From a virus (lineage: Duplodnaviria > Caudoviricetes): a stretch of DNA of 30,096 bases. The stretch lies in the IMG/VR virus record IMGVR_UViG_3300037515_000210, positions 1-30,096 of that record; one strand, 5' to 3'. Made by a program: the position numbers and the translations under genes. Positions 13,198 to 21,800 of this stretch are shown here, piece by piece; position 1 is the stretch's first letter, and each line of letters opens with the position of its first letter. The notes under the pieces were generated by a model. The model saw only the letters and a program-made list of their open reading frames with translations. It searched no databases and was not told the DNA's origin.

Positions 13198-14415
13198 ATG
13201 AGCAAGAAAAACACGGATCAGAGCAGCGTCTACAAGGTGCGACTCAAGGATGGTACCTCTACCGAGGTAGAAATTGGCCTGGATGACTACCACGAGGCTG
13301 CTGAGCACAATATGTCCCTGTCTCAGCACCTCAATCGGAAGGTCCCGGATTACGACCCGAAATACGGTACGCCGATGGAACAGGCGATGGCGCACGCCGG
13401 CTTGTTTATCGCCCGTGACCAGAAACACGCTATCCACCCGCCTACCATGAAGCAGGTACTGGACGGTTCCTACCAGATCAACGCCGGTGTAATCACCCGC
13501 AATGACGGCTCGAGCAACAACACGCCTTCCGGGCGCCTGTTGTTCCCCGAGGTGATCCTGCAGCTGATCGAGTCCGAGCTGAACGACGACCATTCAGACT
13601 TCGTGAATGGTTACAACTCCATGGTGGCGCAGACCACCAGCGTCAACAGCCCCAAGGTGGATCAGCCGATCATCAACGTGACTGGCCCCCGCGCTGACGA
13701 GTTCGCTTCGCAGCCGATCAGCCAGCTGGCAGAACCTGCGGCCATGATCAGCATTACCCTGTCTGAAGTCAGTCGCCGTATCCCCACCCGGGCGATCGGT
13801 TTGCAGATTTCCGACGAGGCGCTGCAGGCGACCACTCTGGACCTAGTTGGCCTGGCCATGACTCAACAGGCTCGTCAGGAGCGCATCCGCTTGATCGAGG
13901 GCAGCATCAGCGCCATGGTGAGCGGTGATGCCGACGTCAACGAGTCCGCGCTGGCTTCTGTCACGGCCCAATCTCTGGACGGTGCGATAGACGCGAATGG
14001 TGCTATGTCGCAGAAAGCGTGGATTCACTACCTGCGTAAGAACTACCGCAAAATGTCGATCTCCCACATCATGTGTGACATCGACACTGCGCTGGCTATT
14101 GAGGGACGCGACGGTAAACCCACCGTTCAGACTGACAACCCGACCTCTCCTCGGATTGACAGCCTGTTCTCAGTGGAAAACCTGGGTATCTCTCCGCCCA
14201 AGATCTTGTTGCTGGAGTCCAGCCTGATCGGTGCTAACACCGTCGTTGGCCTGGACAGACGCTACGCGATCCGCCGGGTTGTCAACGTAAGTGCCACCTA
14301 CTCTGCCATCCAGGACTACGTTATGCGTCGTTCTACCGGATTCCGGGTAGACTACGGTGAGATCAGCCACAAGCTGTTCCCTGACGCATGGAGCGTCATG
14401 ACACTGACGGTGTGA
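13198..14415 (+). CDS. Major capsid protein (HK97 fold expected)
   Basis: AGGAG RBS, 405 aa, canonical position and followed by a terminator. RLLFPEVIL, SQLAEP and AIGLQISDEAL segments fit HK97-fold backbone-helix and E-loop patterns. Confidence 0.9.
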   Translation: MSKKNTDQSSVYKVRLKDGTSTEVEIGLDDYHEAAEHNMSLSQHLNRKVPDYDPKYGTPMEQAMAHAGLFIARDQKHAIHPPTMKQVLDGSYQINAGVITRNDGSSNNTPSGRLLFPEVILQLIESELNDDHSDFVNGYNSMVAQTTSVNSPKVDQPIINVTGPRADEFASQPISQLAEPAAMISITLSEVSRRIPTRAIGLQISDEALQATTLDLVGLAMTQQARQERIRLIEGSISAMVSGDADVNESALASVTAQSLDGAIDANGAMSQKAWIHYLRKNYRKMSISHIMCDIDTALAIEGRDGKPTVQTDNPTSPRIDSLFSVENLGISPPKILLLESSLIGANTVVGLDRRYAIRRVVNVSATYSAIQDYVMRRSTGFRVDYGEISHKLFPDAWSVMTLTV

Positions 14416-14424
14416 TAGGTGATC

Positions 14425-14454
14425 GCCCCTTGGTCTTAGGACCAGGGGGCTTTT
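14425..14454 (+). terminator. Intrinsic terminator after major capsid
   Basis: GCCCCTTGGTC-TTAG-GACCAGGGGGC 11-bp stem followed by TTTT. Confidence 0.85.
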
Positions 14455-14502
14455 GCATAATCTCTACCCCTACCGTTCCAACCCTACTTTTGTGGAGTTC
14501 CC

Positions 14503-15039
14503 ATGAGTAAGCCCGCTGATCAAAAACCCGCTTTCCCAGGGAAAGCTGGCGCTAAGCCTGCTGAACCCAAAGCCGCAGAGCCCACTGCTGAGGAAGAATC
14601 CAAAGCTGAGGAAGAATCCAAGGCTGCCGGAGCCGAAGCTGCTGCCAAAGCTGAGGAAGAATCCAAAGCTGAGGAAGAATCCAAGGCTGCCGAAGAATCC
14701 AAGGCTGCCGGAGCCGAAGCTGCTGCCAAAGCTGAGGAAGAATCCAAAGCTGAGGAAGAATCCAAGGCTGCCGGAGCTGAAGCTGCTGCCAAAGCTGAGG
14801 AAGAAGCCAAGGCCACCGAAGCCGAAGCTGCTGCCAAAGCTGAAGCCGCCAAGGCTACACCCAAAGCCAGCAAGGTCAATGTCGCTGGTTACGCCACCAA
14901 AACCCACCGTCTGCGCAATCCGCTGACGGGAGATGTGTTCTTCCCGCTCAACAGCCCTTACCAGCACTGCAAGCCCAAGGCAATGGATGGCTGGCTGAGA
15001 GCCCAGTTGGACGCAGGTACTATCGTACCCATTGAGTAA
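14503..15039 (+). CDS. Ala/Glu/Lys-rich repeat protein with small C-terminal domain
   Basis: GGAG RBS. Low-complexity AEEESK and AAGAEAAAK repeats, then a globular-looking LRNPLTG...DGWLRAQLDAG tail. Occupies the lambda gpFI position. Confidence 0.8.
   Translation: MSKPADQKPAFPGKAGAKPAEPKAAEPTAEEESKAEEESKAAGAEAAAKAEEESKAEEESKAAEESKAAGAEAAAKAEEESKAEEESKAAGAEAAAKAEEEAKATEAEAAAKAEAAKATPKASKVNVAGYATKTHRLRNPLTGDVFFPLNSPYQHCKPKAMDGWLRAQLDAGTIVPIE
14587..14838 (+). repeat. Nested coding tandem repeat (18-bp subunits within ~63-bp units)
   Basis: Units at 14587-14649, 14650-14730 (one extra 18-mer), 14731-14793 and a degenerate 14794-14838. Confidence 0.93.
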
Positions 15040-15045
15040 CGCGAT

Positions 15046-15528
15046 ATGGCAGCGCTGACCAATTACACTGACACGACCACAGTGCGGGGCCTGCTCGGCG
15101 TCGGACCCATCGAGGTTCCCGACGCTATGCTGCAGGACATGCGCCTGGAGGACCGCGTGTTGGTGGACCTGGCCGAGTGGCTGCCGACCCACACTACCCT
15201 GTATTCCACCTGGACGGGTAACGAGGCTCCAGAGCCTGATGTTACCTATGCCAGACTGCTGAGACTGTTCGTGGGTTACTACTGTGCTGCACAGGTGGCA
15301 GCCTTTCAACTTGCCATACCACAGGCTGTTTCCGACGGCAAGAATGCCCTGAAGCGCTTTGAGGGTGTGGATGTTGAAGCCCTGGCAGGGCGCATGGCCG
15401 GCGAGGCGGCGTATTACCGCCAGCGGCTGGAGGCAGCCCTGGCTTCAAAACAACCCTCCAAGCTGGTCCTGATGGGCCGAGCCGTGCCCAGCTACGACCC
15501 AGTAACCGGTGGAGGCGGGGAGACCTGA
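15046..15528 (+). CDS. Putative head-tail adaptor (head completion)
   Basis: 160-aa helical protein, YTDTTTVRGLLGV start, first neck position. Confidence 0.65.
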   Translation: MAALTNYTDTTTVRGLLGVGPIEVPDAMLQDMRLEDRVLVDLAEWLPTHTTLYSTWTGNEAPEPDVTYARLLRLFVGYYCAAQVAAFQLAIPQAVSDGKNALKRFEGVDVEALAGRMAGEAAYYRQRLEAALASKQPSKLVLMGRAVPSYDPVTGGGGET

Positions 15529-15530
15529 TC

Positions 15531-16124
15531 ATGGACGTTTCCCAGGCCGCCAGGTATTTTGACAATACCAACCTTGACGGGTGGAATGGCACTGACTGGG
15601 ACTTGGGTGTCTGCACTGGCAACCTGCAGGTGTTCGATCGGTTTATCTCAGACCGCACCTTTGGCAGCGACAAGCGCAACTTCACCACCGGTAGCGGACC
15701 TATTCCGGGTCAGTACGCCGTAGTGCGCGCTCCTGGGGGGCTGCTTTACATGGTGGAAGCAGTCAACCAGGACGTCCAGCACGACCAACCCTACAGCCAC
15801 GTTTACCTCCTGCACGACGCCTCGGAAAATATGGACGTCATGCGGGTTTCGCCCTCCGGGACCAGGGCATCTGGTGCCCCGGGAGCAGCCACCGAGACCA
15901 AAGTGGCTGACCAGGTTTTTTGTAACGTGGTGCACTACTCGTCCACGCAATCCTCAGAGCACCCCACGGTGCGCTACGGCACCTACATCATATATACCCC
16001 AGCCACCACCGATGTGCGAACGTCTGACTGGGTCAAGGTCGGCGACGACGAGTACAACGTCACCGAGGTGTCCACCCAGTTGCGGCTGAAGTATCTGCGG
16101 GCGATCAAGCGAGGAGCCTCATGA
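15531..16124 (+). CDS. Putative head closure (stopper) protein
   Basis: 197-aa beta-rich protein with DVRTSDWVKVGDDEYNVTEV, a stopper-like C-terminus. Second neck position. Confidence 0.62.
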   Translation: MDVSQAARYFDNTNLDGWNGTDWDLGVCTGNLQVFDRFISDRTFGSDKRNFTTGSGPIPGQYAVVRAPGGLLYMVEAVNQDVQHDQPYSHVYLLHDASENMDVMRVSPSGTRASGAPGAATETKVADQVFCNVVHYSSTQSSEHPTVRYGTYIIYTPATTDVRTSDWVKVGDDEYNVTEVSTQLRLKYLRAIKRGAS

Positions 16125-16573
16125 CAGCTGCTGACTTTCAGATGGCCGTGAAGTCCACCCTCGACCGCATCGGCCACGACCTGGTGACCGCCAGCGGCGC
16201 CGTGGGCGGGGTGGATCTGGACGACACCGTGAACGTAGATGACATCTTGACCAACGAGGACAGCCTGATCCTGTGGCAGCTGCTCTCTATGGACGAGTAC
16301 CCGAGAGACCCCATGTACAGGGTGGTGTTCGGATTCGGCGGCAAGACCTGCAAGGACCCGGGCAACTACAGCCTGGTGGCCCTGCAGCAAGCCGTCAGCG
16401 CCAACCTGTTCAAGGGCGCCCACATTGAGCTGCGGGACTACAGCGGAGCTTCGCCGTCGGAGATCAAGGGCTCCCTGACGGTCACCCAGGCGAGCATGAC
16501 CCCGCAGGAGGTTGAGAATGATTCCGGTCTTCGGATGTTTATGTTCTCTGCCGCCGGCTTGAGGAGGGTGTGA
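16121..16573 (+). CDS. Putative tail terminator or neck protein
   Basis: ATGA overlap, GAGGAG RBS, 150 aa. Function inferred from position only. Confidence 0.55.
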   Translation: MTAADFQMAVKSTLDRIGHDLVTASGAVGGVDLDDTVNVDDILTNEDSLILWQLLSMDEYPRDPMYRVVFGFGGKTCKDPGNYSLVALQQAVSANLFKGAHIELRDYSGASPSEIKGSLTVTQASMTPQEVENDSGLRMFMFSAAGLRRV

Positions 16574-17265
16574 TGGCCAGAGCTACCAAGATTACGTTCA
16601 ACTGGGCCGGTATCAGGCAACAAGCAGAGCGCCAGGTGAAGGTAGGGCTTAACCTGAAAGTGCTGTCCCGCCGTACGCGCCAAGCGGCGGAGGCCCAGCA
16701 GCTGCCGCCAATGGCGTTGTCTGCCTCACGTCATTACGGCGGTGCCTTGGTGGCCATCCGGGAGTTTCTGCGCGTCCCAGGCCAGACAGGCGTTACCCGG
16801 GACGGGTACCGCACGGCCCACCTGACCTCGTCGGGCCTCCCCGTAAACGTCAGAACTCCGCAACCCTGGGCGCGGCTTTCTTCCGGATACATCAAGCACA
16901 CCCCACGCAGCGTGACGTTCTGGCGCAAGACCGGCGCCCTGTCCCGACTGTACCAGGCGGTTGTGCTATCAATCCTGAACCAAAAGCCAAGCCTGGCGGT
17001 CACCTCAGCCACCACGCGCGCGCGTAAACTTGAGATAAGCGCCAGGGTAGGACTGGGCACTCTGCCAGACCCATTGGGGCACATCGTGGGACTGTCGTTC
17101 ACGACTGGCCGGGTAAGTCCCCGGCCACGGGTTAGGGGCATTGGCACGGGGGCTAGACAAACTATTCTGCGGATGTCTTTCCCTGAAGCCAATCGTCCTG
17201 TAATATCTGCAATAGCTGCACGCCTGGGCCGTGAGATGCACGCGGCTTTAAGGAAATTGGACTGA
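16573..17265 (+). CDS. Basic putative tail completion or neck protein
   Basis: GAGGAG 16561-16566 and TGATG overlap. Arg-rich, with WARLS..Y...and KTGAL motifs recalling Mu gpG/HK97 gp10-like morphogenesis proteins. Confidence 0.6.
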   Translation: MARATKITFNWAGIRQQAERQVKVGLNLKVLSRRTRQAAEAQQLPPMALSASRHYGGALVAIREFLRVPGQTGVTRDGYRTAHLTSSGLPVNVRTPQPWARLSSGYIKHTPRSVTFWRKTGALSRLYQAVVLSILNQKPSLAVTSATTRARKLEISARVGLGTLPDPLGHIVGLSFTTGRVSPRPRVRGIGTGARQTILRMSFPEANRPVISAIAARLGREMHAALRKLD

Positions 17266-17300
17266 TTTAACGAGTTAACGGACCATTGGAGGAACGACTC

Positions 17301-18122
17301 ATGGCACTTGGCGATCCGCGTACCAACAAGTTTAAGATCGGCACAGCGGAGGTCCGCGTTGGTCCTCTTAGCATGGCCAACAAACTCACTCAGGCACACA
17401 GCGTCGGCTTGGTCGATAATGCCACTGTCGAGGTGACCCAGAACTCCGTTGACCTTATGGGCGGTTTTCCCAAGTTCCTGGCGGATACCGCCATTGTAAC
17501 TCAGGAAGCTCAGGTCACCGCTACCCTCCGCGAGTATTCTCGGCGCAACATGCGCCTCTTGCTTGGTGAAGGCGTGCAGACCACCAGCCCCGAGGACGAC
17601 CAATCCCTGATGGTGAATGACGGTGCTGCCGACTCTACTACAGTGGACGTCACTGCCTCCCAGGGCTCCAAGTTCACGGCCGGCGACACCGTCACTATTT
17701 TCAAACAGGGAGAGCCACAGTTTGTGACCGTGGCTCGCATCGACAGTGTTACCGCCGACGCGCTGACCCTGGACGCCGACACCCCGCTGCTGTTCGACTA
17801 CGACGGTACCACTGACGTGATCAACGTCGTGCTGGCCCACCCCGTAGCCATTGGCGGTGTTGTCCAGACCAACTACTTTGCGGTTCAGTTGGTCGAAGCC
17901 GAACGCGCTACCGGCCGCCCTGTTGTGTGGAACTTCTGGAAGGCCGCCCTGGCTTCCGGTGTGACTGCCGGCACCAACGCGGATGACTTCGCCTCCCTGG
18001 AGTTCGTGGCCAAGATCCTGCGCCCTGCGGCGTCGGAGATTGCCACCGGTGCACCTCTGGAACACCTGAAGAACATCATCCCCAACCACCCGTCTGGAAT
18101 GTATACCGGCGGCGGCGACTGA
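17301..18122 (+). CDS. Major tail (tube) protein
   Basis: GGAGGA RBS then ATG 17301, 273 aa. IGTAEVRVG, VGLVDNATVE, TATLREYS and WNFWKA tube-like strands. Followed by a terminator and two genes upstream of the tape measure start. Confidence 0.85.
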   Translation: MALGDPRTNKFKIGTAEVRVGPLSMANKLTQAHSVGLVDNATVEVTQNSVDLMGGFPKFLADTAIVTQEAQVTATLREYSRRNMRLLLGEGVQTTSPEDDQSLMVNDGAADSTTVDVTASQGSKFTAGDTVTIFKQGEPQFVTVARIDSVTADALTLDADTPLLFDYDGTTDVINVVLAHPVAIGGVVQTNYFAVQLVEAERATGRPVVWNFWKAALASGVTAGTNADDFASLEFVAKILRPAASEIATGAPLEHLKNIIPNHPSGMYTGGGD

Positions 18123-18156
18123 TAAGCCCCCGCTCGGGAACACTACCCAGCGAAAG

Positions 18157-18182
18157 GGGGCGGCCTTGTGCCGCCCCTTTTT
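18157..18182 (+). terminator. Intrinsic terminator after tail tube gene
   Basis: GGGGCGGC-CTTGT-GCCGCCCC 8-bp stem followed by TTTTT, with an A-tract upstream. Confidence 0.85.
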
Positions 18183-18194
18183 GTGTGAGGTACT

Positions 18195-18776
18195 ATGACC
18201 AGCCAGTTTTACCAAGACAGATTTGACCGACCCTTCCCGGTGACCATGTTGTTTCTGGAGTGCATGTCCAGAATTGCGGGTCAGGAGGGAGAAGGTAGTG
18301 AGGGGTTGCTACGGGCAGTGCTGTCCAAAGCACTCGTAGACGCTCGCCTGGTGGAGGGCAAGCCCAGCTCTGACGACATGCTCTATGTCATGCGGCGCTT
18401 GGCTGAACTCAGGCAGCAGAACGAGACCAAGGAGGGGGACCCCAGCGGGGGGGCCAGCCATGAGAAGCGCGGGTTCGGCAGCGATTACCTGAAGTGGTTA
18501 TCCGACATGGACCACCAGGCACTGTGCTTCCACGCTGCCGGGTACAACCTGATCGAAGCCAGGCGGCTCTACAGCGAGGAGGACTACGAAACTGTCGTGG
18601 CTGTGTCTCGCCAGAAGGCTGACAGTGACTGGCACGATAGGGTAGGATGGTTTGAAGCCAGCCTGTTTGGATTCGGCGGCGGGTATGGTAAGGGCGGCAA
18701 CGCCAACGAGAATGTGTTTGACCTCAGAAAGGACAGGGCATCCGCCGAGTCAGCGCTGAAAGCTGCAGGTTTCTGA
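18195..18776 (+). CDS. Putative tail assembly chaperone
   Basis: GAGG RBS, 193 aa, the only gene between tail tube and tape measure. Confidence 0.65.
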   Translation: MTSQFYQDRFDRPFPVTMLFLECMSRIAGQEGEGSEGLLRAVLSKALVDARLVEGKPSSDDMLYVMRRLAELRQQNETKEGDPSGGASHEKRGFGSDYLKWLSDMDHQALCFHAAGYNLIEARRLYSEEDYETVVAVSRQKADSDWHDRVGWFEASLFGFGGGYGKGGNANENVFDLRKDRASAESALKAAGF

Positions 18777-18810
18777 CCCCGCTGACCTTTAGCTCTCAGG
18801 ATACAGGGAC

Positions 18811-21800
18811 ATGGCGAACAACGACGTCAAAGTACAGCTAGGGCTAGACATCGATCTGCAGACGGGTCGGGTCAATCTTAATGAGCGTCTGCTACAGCAG
18901 TCCATCGGTGCCCTCCTTAAAGGCGTAGGCCTGCCTGCGCAAGCTATTGAGCAGACGATCCTTGTCAAGCCCCAGTTCGATCGGGGGCAGCTCCGCCGTG
19001 CCATGAAGTCTCAGATGCAGGAGCTGGAGCAGTTCCTGAAGACGGACGATGCCAGCACCCGCAGCGTGCAAGAGCGCATTGCCTCCAAGATGGGGCTGGA
19101 TCTGGGCAAGGCTACCGCGGACCAAACCCAACGCATCAATAAGAGAATGGCCGACCTGCGCAAGGGCGCCAACGAAGCACAGCGAGAGCTGAACAACCTC
19201 TACGGGTCGCTCGCCACCCAGGACCCCATTGACCGCCAGCTGAGACGCAAGAGCACTCGAGGTCTGCTGGAGAAGGTCACGGCTGAGAACTTCGACCTCA
19301 CCAAGCTGGACAAACTGACCGACAGGCAGCGCAACCTGATTGCCAATGCCATCGCTCGTTACCGTCTGGTCGAGCGGCAGATGCGCCAGCTGGTGCAGAC
19401 CGCCGGTCGGTTGGGCAGCATGGGCTTTGACGGCAGTACCTCGGCTCTGCTGGACCCACGATTCCTGACCAACGTCGAGGCCCAGGCCTCCAGTTTGGGG
19501 CGGTTGAGCGGGTCGTTAGCCAAGGCCACTGACCCCAACCTGCAGAAATCTCGTCACGAACAGAAGACCGTCCGGGACGCCAAAGCCGAAGCGGCTGCCC
19601 TGGCTCAGGCTGAGCGTATCCGGGAGCAGGGGTATTCCAGAGTTGAGCGCGCCCAACGGGACCGCCTGCGCCGCCAGGCCCAGTTCGATGTCGCCGAGCG
19701 GGAGGCGGCCGCGACCAAAGCCAAGGAGATGGAGGCCGGGTTCAAGGCGATCGACAAGCAGAGGATGCACCGGGAAAAGGCTGCCCGGGATGCTGAAGCC
19801 GCTGCTCGTCGGAGTATCACAGACCGCCGTGCGCGGGAGCGCTTGGCCACTGGCAATGCACTGGTCTCTGAGGGCCGCCCAACGGCGTTCACCAACATCC
19901 GGTCTGCTGACGAGGGTCGACTGGCACAGGGAGCCCTGCAGGAGCGCCAGCGCCGCCTGCAGGAGCTGCTGACCAGGGCGACGGCGTCCCAGACTGACCC
20001 GGCTAGGGTTGAGCGCCTCAAGACTGCCATGGCGGAGACTGGCAGGGTGATTAACACCCTGGCTGAACGCCTGCGCCATCTGCGTAAACACTACGACAAT
20101 GCCACCGGGGCTACCAACCGCCTGACCACTGCCCAGCAGCGCCAGGCCGCCGGTCGGGCCGTGCTCGCTGGCTTGAACCAGGGGGTTGACCCCCAAGCGT
20201 TTACCGAGACCCAGCTTCGCCAGGCGCGTGAGCTGGCCAACGCTCGTCGAGCCAGACTGGAGAGCCGGGAGGCCCAGGCCTCACTGGCAGGATCTTCTCC
20301 GGCGCGCATGGAGTTGCTAGGCGCCTCTACCCAGAGGTACCGCAACCTGCTGTCCGGGGTGAACCACCAGCTCAAGCAGTATAGGGCGGCCACTGACACC
20401 GCTGCTGCCAGCACCGCCAAGTTTGATCGGGAAATGGCCAAGATGCAGGCCAGGCTGAAGGCCGGACAGGCACTGGTTGCTCAAGGTCGTGACATTGGGT
20501 TCACCAACATCCGTTCAGCGGCCGAGGCGGAGCTGGCCAGGGATGCCATGCAGAACCGGCAGAACCGACTGCAAGGTGCGCTCGCCCAGGGCCTTAACCA
20601 GGGCACCAACCCCGCCCGCATCCGTGACATTACCCAGGCCATGGCGGAGAACGACAAGGCCCTGCAGTCTCTCAATCGCCGCCTAAGTCAATACTCGTCA
20701 GCACAGTTCCAGGCTGGCGCACTGATGCGCCAGTTCTTCCGGTATGCCTTGGGTTATGGCGCCCTATACCGGGTTCTGGCAGCGGTGACCGGGCTGGTTC
20801 GCGGCTTGGTGGATCTGAACGCTGAACTGACCTCTATCAAGGCCATCTCTGGCGCCAGCGCCGGTGAGATGCTGGCCGTAGATTCAGCCATCAAACGGAT
20901 CGCCCTATCCACGCGCTTCACCACCACAGAGATCGCCAAGGCAGCACGGGTCTTGGCGCAGGCTGGTGTACCCGCGGACAAGATCCAGGAGTCACTGGCG
21001 GCCACTGCCAACTTTGCGGCGGCGACCAACTCCACTATCGAGACAGCCTCGGATCTGCTGTCCACTCTGCGCAACGTCTACACCGAGATCGATTCGGTGA
21101 CGATCTCTGACCGCCTGACCAAAGCGGTAAACATCTCCAAACTGACTGCCGACGACCTGAAATCGATCCTGTCGATCAGTGCCCAGATCGCCCAGTCGTT
21201 TAACCTGACGTCCGAGCAGTATCTGGCGTCGGTAACCACCCTACGGAATGCCGGTCTTAAGGCCTCCACGGTGGCGACCGGCTTGCGGCAAAGCCTGGTT
21301 GAAATGTTCAACCCGGACGCCAAGACCCTGGACGCCCTGGAGCGCCGGTACCAGGAGCTGGGCCAGAATATGTCGCAGGACGACATCCGCACCCAGTTCA
21401 TTGCCTTCCGGTCTGCGGAGAACCCGCTCCTGGAGATCCTGCGCGAACTGCAACGCATTGACTTCCTGGACAGCCGAGCTGGCCAGAGGGCGTTTGACAT
21501 TCGCGCCGAGAACGCCATCCGTGCCCTGATTGGCAGGATTGATAACCTGGCTGGGGACGAGGCCAAACTGAGCGTCAGCGGGTCGGCCCTCCTCGGTTCC
21601 GAAATCCAGCTGACCTCCTTGCGCGAGTCCCTGCGGCTCCTGGGCGCAACCATCACCGTGTTTGCCGACAGTGCCGTGGGTGGAGCCATCCCCAAGATCC
21701 GGGAACTGACCAAGGCGATGACCCAGTACATCCACGGTCTGACCTTGTTCAACAATGAGCTGAAAGGGGCGACTGGCTCTGGCATTGGTACTGGCTTGCT

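Noticed and set aside
12096-14838. Tandem repeats at 12096-12191 and 14587-14838 as possible CRISPR arrays
   Set aside because: Units are contiguous multiples of 3 inside ORFs, with no unique spacers and no cas genes.
18765-18811. Frameshift fusing the chaperone to the tape measure at GGT TTC TGA
   Set aside because: The +1 frame, which is the tape-measure frame, hits TAG before 18811. The -1 frame is not the tape-measure frame and closes soon after.
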